Shown: piece by piece, positions 1-13,073 of the stretch
Numbering within the stretch: position 1 is the stretch's first letter
Layout: each line of letters starts with the position of its first letter
Source of the DNA: Zootoca vivipara
Lineage: Eukaryota
DNA: 64,000 bases
Assembly: GCF_963506605.1 (NCBI RefSeq)
Contig: NC_083282.1
Location: 5,394,001-5,458,000 of the forward strand
Reading direction: 5' to 3'
Made by a program: the position numbers and the translations under genes
Notes under the pieces: model-generated
What the model was told of the DNA's origin: nothing
What the model saw: the letters and a program-made list of their open reading frames with translations, nothing else
Database searches by the model: none

Positions 1-989
1 CTCAGCCTGGGTGCCACCATTGCCACAAAAGGGAAGGAGTGTTAATTATTGATACTGTTGCATGCCACCCCAATCTCCGAATGGTGCAAGATTCCAGGGG
101 TTCCGGGCGCTTACCCAGAGTTCATGTTTCCTTTTGGAAATGAGGCATAGCAGAAACTGTGTTGTCTTTAGGATATATGGTTTACTTACACATACATACA
201 TACAGTACAGCATTAGCCTATGATGGAGAAGGGGTTCGCAGCATTAACACCCCCCAAAAGTTTATTGTTTCTCCCATAGCTGCAGCCTTGGATTCAAAAA
301 GGAATCAAACGTTGCTCTCAAACATTGCTCTCTCTCTCTCTCTCCAGCTTGCTGCTTCCTTCCTAGGTCACATCACAGCTCTCTACTCTCAACTCTGTCT
401 TTATTCCTTCTTGCTGTCTGTAAGTTGAGGGAGGGGCCCCACCCATTTGCCATTTATCACAGAGCCCCTTCCTTTGTTCTCCTTACTCCTCACCCCAAGG
501 CTAGCCTGGCTATTATTTTAACACTTGTAAGATCCAGGGATGAGAGGGGTCTAGCACCCAGTTTAAGATGCACACACCCCAAACTCATAGCACTATCCTT
601 TACTAGGTGATAGTTGTAATGCAATTAGGAAAAAGCACTGTTGCATTGGCACAATAAAGCTACCTCCCAAACCCTGCCCTGCCTCCACACTCCTCAATGT
701 ATTTTTATGAGTTCCCTTTCTTGCTTTCCTTTCCTCCCTCTGTCCCCATGTATGTCCTCTTAGCTTTCTCAGGCATTAATATGGTCCCGCAGCAATGGCT
801 GATCATGCCCTCAACCCAGACAGAACAGAGGCACTGCTTAGTGGGAAGTTTGCCTACCCAGGTAAAAGGTATTGATCCTGTTCTAAAGGGCTGTAATTCC
901 CCCTAAAGAATCATGTTCATCACCTGAGGGTGGGTGGGTGTGCTCATTCATCCATTTTTGTAATGGGCAGAAATCGCCTCTGTAACCCA

Positions 990-1520
990 GAGTACCTTTC
1001 TCCAACTCAGGAAGTTTTGCCAGCTATGGTCAAAGCAGCCTTGCTTCAGCAATTCATGCGTTGGTAACCTCCTCTGTGGACTACTGCAAAGTATTATGTG
1101 CACTGTTGCTTTTTAAAATGTTCTGGAAATTTGTGTTGGTTCAGAAAGTAGCTAACAGACTGCTGAGACTGGATTGTATGAATCACACCACTCTGGTGAT
1201 CAAGCAGCTCCCCTGGCTCACAGCAAAAAAGAGGGAAAATCAAACACCTTCAATTGGACCTGGAAAAGGCCCTTTGCAGTTGTGACCAGGGTGCTTCATG
1301 GAGTACCTCTCTCCGCATGTACCTGTCTAATTGTTGGGATCTCCTTCAAAGCTCATATCAAATGGCCCTGCCAGGTAATGGTAGGTAGAAGGGCATTTTC
1401 AGTGTGGCTACCCAGCTGTGGAATGCTGGCTCCAGAGTGATGCCCTTTTTTATTCTCCTAGGCCTGTTGATGTCTCATAGCTTTAAGATGCTTTTACCTT
1501 CTGTGACTTGTCTTTTAATG
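990..1520 (+). mobile_element. Old, degraded L2 LINE 3' fragment
   Basis: Degenerate LVTS-VDYC / HTTLVIKQLPWL motifs typical of the L2 ORF2 C-terminus. Confidence 0.5.
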
Positions 1521-2459
1521 CTTCATGTATACTGTACTTCCAAAGCAAGCAAACAGAGCAGGGAAGTGATTTTGAAGTTTCTATTATTCCCCTTTTGGAA
1601 ACTGCAGCTAGCTGTCAAACAAAGCATGTATGTCTCTTTTACACACGGTACTCAAGAAGGAAATGCAGCTAATTAGAGTTGCTGTTAGTTGACATTTTAA
1701 TATCATTTCAGGCTGGGAAGACATCTTTCAGACAGAAGAAATGTGTGGATCCTTGTGCCATGGTTCAAGACTGGGGATGCTAGGAGCCATGGGATCTGAA
1801 ATGAAGAGCAGCTGCTTTATCCTTTTGGCTATGCCTGGTATAGAGTGACACATCGGCTACCTGGCAATGTTCTTACTTCTATCATCCTAGTTATTATCAC
1901 AAACAATAAAGAGTCTTGTGGCCCTTTAATAAGTTCAGTATGGCTCTGCACCTGAATCAGCACATGTAATCAATCTTTGCCACAGGAGCCTTGAGTCTTT
2001 TCCTACACAGCAACCACTGTTATTTTTAAGCTGCCTTTCTACAGGATCCTGCACTTGGGTTGACTTACCAGCAGCAGACACGAGTACAATAAAAAAAGGC
2101 GTAGATACTATACTATATACACACTCTTGACATGAATTGCAGTCCAGGCTCATGCATGTTGACAGGGTTTCACAAGGCCCAGTGGCAGGAAAGTATGCGC
2201 TGTATTGCAGCCTGAAAGTAAAGCACTGAAAGTTAATCTCTACGTAGAAGGGGTTTTTCTAAAATAAAGAGCATTTCATAGCAACTCTTCCTTCCAGTCT
2301 TCAGCTACATACCGTTGCGGCTCTTTGGATTTCGGAACCACAACTGATAAACCAAGGTTTCTTCTTCCTCACAGATTATATATACTGTATGCGTGCATAT
2401 ATATATCCACACACACACACACACACCCCTTTCTATATCTACACCTTCCGCATTCTATA

Positions 2460-3010
2460 AATGGAGGGCAAGGAAGCGGCGCCTGCCTGGGCCCGCTCCG
2501 CCCCCTCTGCCGCCGAGCAGGAAGGGGCGGGCGGCTGCCGGGCGAGCGATGCATTAGCGGCGGCCCTGGAGGCGAGGCAGGGCTTTGCTGCTGAGGCGAG
2601 CGGAGAGGCACCCAAGATGGCCCCTGCTGCAGAGGCGGCCGTGGCAGCAGCAGAGGGCCGGAGGGCGGAAGGGAAGGCCGCGGCCGCCCGGCTCCTGCTG
2701 CTGGTGGAGGACAAGGAGAAGGAGGGCGCGACGGCCACGTCCGTGGCCCGCAGCTGAGAGGAGCTGCCGCCGCCGCCGCCGTGAGGTAAGCGGGAGTCTC
2801 CCCGGTGGGCGGGTGGCGGGGAACAATAGGGCGGAGGCTGCGGCCTTCTCCTCTCTTTCCCTTCGGGCCGGCGGCGCCTCTACCTGGCATTGCGGCTGGT
2901 GTCTCCGTGCGAGACGACCCAGCGGCCTCTTCCACCATTTCCCCTCCACTTCGTCGCCGCCTCTGTAGGCCTCAGGCTTCTGCCGTGCGCTTTCCGCCCC
3001 CGCGGCTTCG
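2460..3010 (+). promoter_or_regulatory. CpG island promoter / first exon region of RC3H1
   Basis: Very GC- and CpG-rich block in an AT-rich background; GC boxes (ggggcggg ~2524), YY1-like CAAGATGGC at 2613-2621, (GCC)n run at 2765-2780. Confidence 0.85.
2560..2785 (+). other. RC3H1: RC3H1 non-coding exon 1 (5' end approximate)
   Basis: Strong donor GAG|GTAAGC at 2785/2786 inside the only promoter-like CpG island upstream of the first coding exon; the TSS cannot be fixed from sequence. Confidence 0.7.
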
Positions 3011-3069
3011 TAAGAGGCCGGGAAATATTCTGGGGGCCGGTGGTTACACGCGGTTTCAACTCATTCCAG

Positions 3070-3070
<1 letters not shown>

Positions 3071-3120
<50 letters not shown>
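3071..3120. repeat. (TG)25 microsatellite
   Basis: Perfect dinucleotide run. Confidence 0.98.
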
Positions 3121-3128
<8 letters not shown>

Positions 3129-4832
3129 CAACCCAGTATTCTTGGCTAGGACGTGCGCGGGGGTGGGTGGAACCCCTTGCCAGGTGTGATCCTCATTGAC
3201 CCTCGGTGGGAATTATCTCTGACAGCTCAGCTTCATGCATGTCTACTCAGAAGCGCCCCCATTAAGTTCAGTGGTACTTACTCCCGAGTAAGTGTGTGTG
3301 TGGATCGCACTCTAAAGTAAACACACAAACAGATAGGATCACATTGCGCACGTCCATACTTCTTAGGGGAGAGCGCTGTCCCACATGTTAAAAGATCACA
3401 CATGCTTTTATTCTGTGCCTCTGTTCCCTAAATGTAGCTTCTATGTTCAGTCCCTGAAGCTTTTTGGGTTCTGACATTGACCTCCCCATGATCTTTTGAA
3501 CATTATCCCTGGCAGTAGTTACTGTACTCAAGGGAGGAAAGAAACGTTAAAAACACAGAACAAAATGTAATTCTAAAAATTCTGGAGGAGTACAAGTACC
3601 CCTACCTTCTGTATATTTATCATGTATGTAACTTTCAGTGTCATGGTTTCAGAGGATTGGACAAAAGTCTGCTTCCCAGGAAATGAAGAATCTGGTTTGG
3701 CTACCTCAAGCAAGCAAACAATCAAGCAAGCAAACCTTTGTGTTCAGGGAGAGAGTTGATATTGAGCAGGAAGTGACATCTGCAAACAGTTCACCAAGAA
3801 GCCATGAAAAATTTCATTGCACAAAATGAAGGCTGTTTAGTTTATTCCTCACCCATCTCTTCATAAACACAACTGTCACACCGATTATTTTGTTAGAATA
3901 AATTGTGATTTATTTATTTTGACTTCTATCAGATAGTGTTTTGGTTATGAGAGAGCATTGTGAATTGTGTTCATGAAAATTAACAGGAATTTGTATTTAC
4001 TTACCTGGTCGCCACAGGTGATCAAGAATGAAGAACACATAGAATTCATTATTTAAGGAATTTTTACTCCACTCTTTAGCTGAAAAGCCTTCTAGAATGG
4101 CTTACAAAGATCAGCATCAATATAGTCCCCGTACCCAGGATTATATTCTAAAATGATATATAAAAATGCATTCAAGTGAGTAAACAGAATGACAGGGCCT
4201 GAGGGACAGGTCAACCTGCCTTTTCTCTGCTAGCTTGCTCAGCTTCCATCATTACTTGGTATTGAACCCCCATCATATTTAGCAAGTATGAAAACATTAT
4301 GTCCTGGTGGAATAAGGACAGATAAGTTGCTCTTTACTTCCTCCACCTGCTCACTCAGGTTCTGTGCTGGCTGTAGGGAGTGAAATCCCTTCTACTCTGA
4401 CCAGCCCATAAACCAAATAAGCTGGCAGAGGAGGATGCTGTGATCAATCCTCCTCTGCCAGACTTCTGCATTTTCCTGCAAGATCTGCAGAAAATAAAGC
4501 TCTTCCCTGCAGGTCCAGTATAGAAAGGGGGGTGCTGGTGGCAAAAGGACAAGGCGATCATTGGCTTTGCTACTAGCCCATCACATTTCTATGCTGAAGG
4601 CACAACAGACAAAGCCCTCGTTTGCACATGTAGCATATAAATCAGTTGGGCTAATAGAAGAGGCAGATAAGTGCTCCATGCCTCTTCTGGCGCCTGCTGC
4701 AGTTCTAGTCTACAGGTTTTTTAGTTCTTTTTGCTAGCAGATAATGTCAACTGTTAAGGCTGTGTGGGTCTTGTACCCAAAGGAAGCATTTGATTGCATG
4801 TGATGAAATGCTTGCTTGTAGGAGATACTGTA

Positions 4833-5076
4833 CTGTCATACCTCGGTTTAAGTACGCTTCAGTTTGAGTACTTTCAATTTAAGTACACTCATACCTCGGT
4901 TTAAGTACGCTTCGGTTTGAGTAATTTCAGTTTAAGTACACTCCCGCGGACCCGTCTGGAACGGATTAATCCACTTTCCATTACTTTCGATGGGAAAGTT
5001 TGCTTCAGGTTAAGTACGCTTCACGTTAAGTACGGACTTCCGGAACCAATTGTGTACTTAAACCAAGGTACCACTG
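4833..5076. mobile_element. Tc1/pogo(Tigger)-type MITE with a 53-bp internal tandem duplication
   Basis: TA-flanked; right TIR ccaaggtaccactg|TA; left-end segment repeated at 4837 and 4890. Confidence 0.75.
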
Positions 5077-7513
5077 TACTATACTAGAAGTGTTGGTCAC
5101 CATACAGAACACTCTCTGGGTCTTGTGTTAGTGCTGGTGTTACCTTAAGTAGGTTCTTTCACCTTGCTGTATGGCAGAGCGTTCCCTGGGTAATATTTAT
5201 ATAAATTGTGATTACATTGCAAAACAGTATGGTTGCTGCAGCTCTACTCATTTTTGTTCATTGATCATGCCAGAAATAACATTCACTACTATCATATTTG
5301 GCAATAATTTTGTCCTGGCTCATGGACAAATTACTGTGATGCTTGCAACCTGCTCTTATACATGTTTACTCAGAATCAAATCCCACTGAATTCAGTAGGA
5401 CCTGCTGTCAATTGCGTGTGCATAAATTGCAGCATTACTGCATAGCAGGGGTGGGCAAGAGGTAGATTGGAAATTTGGTAGATTGGTACAGTTTCCTGAC
5501 TTCCACTTGTTGGAACAAAGACAGTTCCCCTGAATTTAGCTGTTAAGAGACCCTGATGTGTGATAACTAGATGCATAGTTAGATTATACCAATAGGTAAT
5601 TTACTCCTTTCCCAAGCCATCATCTTGCATCTGTGCCTGACTGGTTGGGGCACCTTTGGTTTCCAATTTTTTTTAAAACATAACCCACAAATCTAGTTGC
5701 CCATTCTTGCTATATATTTTACGATGTTTAACTATCCAAATTTGTTGCTATGTCTTCATTATGAAGTAGTAATGTTCATTTACTAAACACTCTTACAGTC
5801 TAAAAATGATATTTTGTTGTTTGTGTATGATAATGGTCACGTCTACTCAACGTGGTGGTTTCTAAACTTATGGTCCTTTGCTTATCACAGTGGTGATCAT
5901 CTTCAGTTTTCAACTCCCCACTTTTTTAAAACTGGAGAAATTAAAATCTCATTACGCTACAGTCCTAGTCTCCTGGATGCTGGGGACTGGTGTTGGGAGT
6001 TAGAATGATGTCTCTTTGCTGATGGGGAAGAATGCCACTGGTGGGTGGGTTCTGCTGTGATAAGACTACCATATTTTACAGTTGCCAGTGAAATGGATTG
6101 TTTTGGGGCAGGGCACCAGAGGCTTTGAATTCACTGGATCCAAAGCCCCACAGATCCCTAAGGAGCCTCTGTCTGGAGCTACTACAGCAGAAAAGGCTGG
6201 CAGAAGCCAACAGGGCTTCTGAGTACCAGTTGCTGGGAATCACAGGTGAGGAAAGTACTTTTGTGCTCAGGTCCTGCTTTTGGGGTTCCCACAGGTATCT
6301 TGCTGGCCACTGTGAGAACAGAATGCTGGACTAGATGGGCATTGGCCTGATACAACAGAAGTACTGTTGGTAGATGGGACTGTTGGGTTTACATCAAATT
6401 CTGCACTCTCCTGAAAGAGCAGGTGGGTACTTGGGGATGCTCCTTGAAGCAGTGCTCCTGTTTGATGTATGTGTGGCAAAGGATGCCTTTTTCCTGCTTC
6501 AGCTTCCTGATGAAAGGTGGACCTTGCTGCAGTCATTTATTCTGTATTGACTTCTAGATTAGATCGCTATAACAAGTTGTATGTTGAATCTGACATTAAA
6601 ATGCATTTTTAAACTTCTGTTAGTGCAGAATGTTGATGGGAGCTTTGATTCTATCACATTGCTTCTCTGTGATTTTTACTGATCTTGCCCTGAAAGCCCT
6701 TAATATATTGGGACATGGGTAGTTTAGGAACTTTCTCTTTGCATATGTCCTTCCCCACATTCTTGGATCTTTAAACCTCAGTAGGTACATCGGTGTCAAC
6801 TGGAGATAGGACATTTTCTATTGTGACTTGTACGCTATGGAGTACCTTGCTGCACCAGGCAGCTGTAGAGTGGTTAGTTGTATAATTTTGCTGGCTGAGT
6901 TTTGTGCTGCTGCAATTTTTGAAACAGTTTGTATACTGTTATTTAATGTCTACTGTGTTTTTTCAGAGACAATTTGCTTTTATTCTGTATTTATTACAGT
7001 CTTCTCAGAAAAATAGGTGGGATAGAAAATGTAAGATGGGGATTATAAACTTACAAAACAGCTGGGGGGGGGAACAGCCCATCCTCAACAGCTGTGTACA
7101 TACCTCATGTCATCCAGTTTTCTTAAAAAATTGTACATTTGTTGAAGGATCAAAACTAAGTTTAAATCTAAATTTTTATTTCATCCTGTTTTCATTTGAA
7201 ATTTTTGTAAAATGATTATTTTTACCTTGCCAAAATCCTTAAAAGCTGAGCCCAGAATTCAGACATTTCAAAACTAAAAATACCAATCTTTTCAGAACTT
7301 CATAGGCTTTAATATGATATGTCACATGATGGACTTACTTTAAATGTTAAAGTTAAGTTACAAAATTTAAAATTGAAAAATGATTAAAAATTGATGATTT
7401 TTAAAAATCTGAAAAATGTATTTATTATTTCATATTTCTAAGAGCTACTTGCAGACTTTCATCTTGGGATCTGAAAGCTGCAGACAGCATTTGATGCATT
7501 TGATGTTCTTTTA

Positions 7514-7868
7514 GGGATGCAGGTGGCCCTGTGGGTTAAACCACAGAGCCTAGGGCTTGACGATCAGAAGGTCGGCGGTTCGAATTCCTGCGACGGGGTG
7601 AGCTCCCATTGCTCGGTCCCAGCTCCTGCCAACCTAGCAGTTCGAAAGCAGTTTGAGCAAGTGCAAGTAGATAAATAGGTACTGCTCCGGTGGGAAGGTA
7701 AACAGCATTTCCGTGTGCTACTCTGGTTCGCCAAAAGTGGCCTAGTCATGCTGGCCACATGACCCGCAAGCTGTACGCCGGCTCCTTCGGCTAGTAAAGC
7801 AAGATGAGTGCCGCAACCCTAGAGTTGTCCGCGACTGGACCTAGCAGTCAGGGGTCCCTTTACCTTTC
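7514..7868 (+). mobile_element. Sauria SINE
   Basis: tRNA-like head with B box ggttcgaattcc, cctttaccttt tail, TSD atgttctttta (7503-7513 / 7870-7880). Confidence 0.9.
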
Positions 7869-8665
7869 TATGTTCTTTTAAGTAGCAAATTAAGTTTAGA
7901 TTGCATTGTGTGTACAGTCATCCCCCCCCCACTTAATGTTCTGGGCCTCTGCGCATATAAGCAAAAATTGCATAAGTGCGGAGAACCCTCTAAATGCCCA
8001 GTTTTTAATTATTGTTAATATTATTTACTAATTAATTAATTTTGTATATGGCCCTATACCCCCAGGTCTCAGGGCAGTTTCTGCTCTCCAGTTCTCTCTC
8101 GCCCTCTCTCTACACACATCTCTTTTGTTCAACTAGAGTTTAAGCTCTGGGGCTGGCTGAAAACTGGAGGACACTCAGAAAAGTGGCTGCTGCTGCGCTA
8201 CCTTGCACATCAGCTGTTAGGCGGGGAGGCTGAGCAGTCTAAACAAAGCCCTCCTTGACATCCTCTTTGGGCTCCAGAGAGGGTCTCTTCACAAGCCATG
8301 AGGACTCTAACTCTCTCCCACCATTTCCTGGTTTGAATTTATTTTTTCTTTCCCAGCACTGTGCATGTATGCAATCACGTGTGAGTCAATCACACATAAA
8401 TGGGAACGGTGCCTGCATTAATTTTTTTATTGGATTTTTTTTTATCTGTCAGTTTATCAGGTTGACTGTTTTCTTTTAAATATTTATATTCCACTTTTCC
8501 AGGCAAAGCCTGTTCAAAGCAGTTTACAACAATAAGGAGTTACAACTGTAAAAAAATACTCCAGGAATAAAGATAAAATGCATTCAGAAACTTCCATACC
8601 ATCTGATTAGCTCTCAGACTGGCATCCTTTATTAGTGCTGAATTGAAGTAGATTATACAGTAATA

Positions 8666-8801
8666 CAGGCATCTTCAAACTTAGGCCCTCCAGATGTTTT
8701 GGACTACAATTCCCATCTTCCCCGATCACTGGTCCTGTTAGCTTGGGATCATGGGAGTTGTAGGCCAAAACATCTGGAAGGCTGCAGTTTGGGGATGCCT
8801 G
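8666..8801. mobile_element. hAT-type palindromic MITE
   Basis: caggcatc...gatgcctg TIRs; same family as 11317 and 56869. Confidence 0.85.
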
Positions 8802-8951
8802 GTAGTACATTAAATTATCTAGATAGGTGTTAAATGGATCAATCTTGTGTAATCCTACTCAGAATAGAGCCTCACTGAGATAAAGGAGGCTTACTCCCAA
8901 GTAACTGTATGGGACTGTAGCCTCAGGCACTTTCATGTGAATAAGTCCTAT

Positions 8952-9150
8952 TCATAGAATCATAGACCCAAGACTCATCTAGTCCAACCCCCTGCAATGC
9001 AGCTAAAGCACCCATGTCAGATGACCATCCAACCTCCAAGGAAGGAGAGTCCACAACCTTTTGTGGGAGTCTGTTCCACGGCCGAACAGCATTTACAGTC
9101 AGAATTTCCCCCCTGAATGTTTAGTTGGAATCTCCTTGTAACTTGAAGCC
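8952..9150 (-). mobile_element. CR1 LINE 3' fragment
   Basis: catagaatcatag tail (reverse of the ATTCTATG-type CR1 tail) plus degenerate ESP/AVEQ region. Confidence 0.65.
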
Positions 9151-9279
9151 ACAGGAAGTGGGACTTCTTATTAGAAATGTTTAGGACTGTGCTCTTGAGC
9201 AGCCTTCTAATTTGCATTTGCCTTTCCACCAGGAGTTTGCATTTAGAGCCAAATTAACAAATGATATAAGTGTGTAGAC

Positions 9280-9623
9280 CACCACTGAGCCTTTTGGACT
9301 TGCTGATCGGAAGGTTGGCAGATCGAATCTGCGTGATGGAATGAGCCCCCGTTGCCCTGTGCCAGCTCCTGCCAATCTAGCAGTTCGAAAGCACACTAGT
9401 GCAAGTAGATAAATAGGTGGCGGGAAGGTAAACGGTGTTTCCATGCACTCTGGTTTCTGTCACGGTGTGCCGTTGCACCAGAAGCGGTTTAGTCCTGCTG
9501 GCCACATGACCCGGAAAGCTGTCTGTGGACAAACGCTGGCTCCTTTGGCCTGAAAGCAAGATGGGCGCTGCAATCCCATAGTTTCCTTTGACTGGACTTA
9601 ACCGTCCAGGGCTCCTTTACCTT
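9280..9623 (+). mobile_element. Sauria SINE (5' truncated)
   Basis: Body similar to the 7514 and 12709 copies; cctttaccttt tail; TSD tataagtgtg. Confidence 0.85.
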
Positions 9624-11316
9624 TATAAGTGTGCAAGAGACAAGGTGTGGACTGAATTCATCTTAGTTTGGCCCTCATTTATTATAACCACATTTTTTAA
9701 TATACTACTTGGTTTTTCAATGTCTTAGTTAAGGCGGTAAGTTCACAAATTTATTTATTTATTACCCACCCTTCACCCTAACACCCCAGCATTAAAACAC
9801 AATATTAAAAGCAATCTGCAGCCATAAAAATAAGATGTGTCCCAAAAATATACATTGCAGGTGTCAAAAGCAAGAGTCAGGTGTGTTTTCAGCATTCTCC
9901 AAAAGCTGTATGATGAAGGTGCCAGACACACTTATTGAGAAAATTTGTACTGTATAGTCTGGGCTTCTAAACTGAGAATTTCTGTTGTATTAGCCTTCTT
10001 GATGTTTAAAAATGTGTAGAATAAAATATGTAACATTTTTCAAGTATTTTAAAGAGGAAGGTGGTGAGCCATATATACATTAATCCTTCATCAGCCTTAG
10101 TCTTCTGAGGAGTAACTGGATCAATCTTTCCTATCATGCCAGGGATTGGAGGCATCCAGTAAAAGTGAAAGAGGTTATTCCTGCTCCTCTCTAATTTTAA
10201 AGACAAATGCAAACTTGTGAGCGGTGTGAATCTCACATCACAAGTTATTTGTATAAGACATTAAATCTTGGGGTGGGAGATGCAGTGTCTCTCTTTGCAC
10301 CTAGCATGATGTAAGAGACCCCTCCTTTTCTGCTGTGTGGAGAATTTGTGGGAAGTATATATTACTTTGCTCTGGGCCTCTAGAAGCAAATGGTGGCCAG
10401 AAAGAAAATTTGCCTTTACAATTGGCAACTGCTTTTGTGGATTCCTGATCTGATACAATTGAGTTATCTCTTACATTTGTTCTGTTATCAGGTACTGTAC
10501 TAGTATTAATTATGAAATGAGGCAGACTGCTGAATGAAAAGCCCGCAAAATGCTGTGATAAAAATGAAAATGTTGAACTTCCAGTTGACTTCTAAGGATG
10601 TAGGAGTACTGGCTTCAGAAAATTAAGATGACTGCAAAATAGTCTGAATTTTATTTTTTAATTTCTTAAGAGAATCAGTTTTTAATATTTGACACAAGGA
10701 AAAAATCAAGCTGAAATGTAATCTGACACGCAGATGTTAAGTGATAAACTACATTACCATTTCTACCAGAGATTTATTTATTTGCCAACACAGTAAATCC
10801 ACTGTGTTCTGCAGTCACTATTGGAATATGTAACTAAATCTGGACATTCTATAATCCACTGCAATGCGATTTGAACTGGTTTGGGTTTTTTTTTTAGTGT
10901 AACTTTTAATTGAAAAATTTCCCCAGGCTTATTCAGATGCAATGCTAAATCATAGTGGGGAACTTCCAGCCCACAGATGTCAGGGCCTGGGCAGAGAAGG
11001 AATGGTGGAGGCTGCCTCCCCATCCTGACCCTTCCAGGGAGGAGGAAGAGGAAGACAGTATAGACAGGGGAGTGAGGGAGATCGCAGCTCAGAGGCAGAT
11101 GAGGGGGAAAGTTGGGAAATAATGGGAGAGGAGGAGGAGAAAGCAGCTGATGGACACGGTGTCTTTAGAAAGCATTCCAGACCCCCCTCTCCCAGAACCC
11201 GGCAAGCCTGAAAGTAGGAGAGCAAAGAGCTCAAAGACAGAGGGGACGTAGCAGCACCCATGGAGGAGAAGAATGAGGAAGTGGGAGAGATGGGGGTGGT
11301 GGAGATTCACTCAGGA

Positions 11317-11452
11317 CAGGCATCCCCAAACTGTGGCCCTCCAGATGTTTTGGCCTACAACTCCCATGATCCCTAGCTAACAGGACCAGTGGTCGGGGAA
11401 GATGGGAATTGTAGTCCAAAACATCTGGAGGGCCGAAGTTTGGGGATGCCTG
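11317..11452. mobile_element. hAT-type MITE
   Basis: TIR caggcatccccaaact; perfect 8-bp TSD actcagga on both sides. Confidence 0.92.
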
Positions 11453-12708
11453 ACTCAGGACAATGCCATTATCCAAGAGGCTGGGTTCTATAGCCTTGCT
11501 CTGGAAATCTATATAAATAAAAAGGTAAAATGCCAGGTTGTGTGTGCTCACTCTCAGCTTACGCCGAAAGTGCTTGACCGAATGAGTTGAAATTTTGACA
11601 CAACGTTGCAATCCAATACAGGAGTGTTTGTATAAACTTAGATTGTACAGATGTCACACCTATCACAGGTAAAAACATGCTTTTTTTGGATTTTTTTTTT
11701 GAAAAACCAGAAAGACAGGAACAGGAGAGGTTGCAAAACATCGCCCTGTAGCGGCGACACCTCTGGTACTGCAGCTAGAAAAGCTTCCCTCTCCAAAGCA
11801 GTTTGCAGACTGGGCTGAGTGGAGGTGCGGGCTTGCCTGGGTGGGGGGTGGGTGGAGGATGGGATTGGGATAGGTCATGGGTCGGGATGGGGTGGGGTGG
11901 GGAGAGTCACAGGGATGAGCCACAGCAACGCTAGTACTGAATAAAAATAGGACGATAAGAAGCATTCCCTTGTCTCTGTACATTCCTGGGCAACTAGCCG
12001 GGAGTTGCTGGCAGCAGTCTGACAAAAGGCCTCATTATTGCTGTGAGGCCTCTGAAATTGACCCACCAGGCCATTTTGGGCAGATCATTCTGATCGTCCT
12101 CATGTCTGATGTGGTATGATTACAGGTGATTGATGGGTTCATCCCAGTCCCATCCTATTGCTGAAAGTGTAGGGTTTGTCTCTTGGATCAGCCCTTCTGA
12201 CTGGAAGTGATTCGTCACCCCTACTTTAGCATTACTACAAGAGCATGCCTAGGTTAGCCTTGGGCTCACGTGCTCCCTCCTTCCTCCTGCAGTGTGACCA
12301 TGAGGAAGAGTTTGGAAACTTTTCCGTCTGTTTTTGAGTAACCGCAACTTGTTGTGTTGCCCAAACCTGGACAGGCAAACTGGTTAACCTTAACTGCTTT
12401 ATGGAACAATCCAACTTCACACCATAATTCCAAAATCAGGTTTGTCTAAGCAAACCATAGTTAAGTTTAAATATTCAGCTGTAATTCTAGTATTCAGTGT
12501 TAGTATCCAGATGTAATTGTAAACTGTGATTAATCTTAAATGGAAGCTTAAAATTGTTAAGGTTTTTGTTGTCAGCTTGTTGTTTATGCTGGCTCTTAAA
12601 CATTGTCTTACTCAGAATTTTACAGTGTTTGCAGACTGCCCTGAAAAATATGCAAGAAGGCCAGATTTGGGATATAAATTAATAAATGAATTAAGGGCAG
12701 CATATGAA

Positions 12709-13073
12709 GGGACCCAGGTGGCGCTGTGGGTTAATCCACAGAGTCTAGGGCTTGCTGATGAGAAGGTCGGCGGTTCGAATCCCTGCAACGGGGTGATCTC
12801 CCGTTGCTTGGTCCCAGCTCCTGCCCACCTAGCAGTTCGAAAGCACATCAAAGTGCAAGTAGATAAATAGGTACTGCTCCGGCGGGAAGGTAAACGGCGT
12901 TTCCGTGCGCTGCTCTGGTTCGCCAGAAGCAGCTTTGTCATGCTGGCCACATGACCCGGAAGCTGTCTGCGGACAAACGCCGGCTCCCTCGGCCTGTAGA
13001 GCGAGATGAGCGCCGCAACCCCAGAGTTGGACACGACTGGACCTGATGGTCAGGGGCCCCTTTACCTTTTACC
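12709..13073 (+). mobile_element. Sauria SINE, full length
   Basis: gggacccaggtggcgctgtgg head, B box ggttcgaatccc, (ACCTTT)-type tail, TSD tatgaa. Confidence 0.92.

Noticed and set aside
1-700. Possible solo LTR (AATAAA at ~653, CT-rich tract)
   Set aside because: No clear TG...CA boundaries, TSD, PBS or PPT could be established by eye.
2325-3149. Many overlapping long ORFs around the promoter
   Set aside because: Expected from stop-poor GC-rich CpG-island sequence and microsatellites; no recognisable protein.
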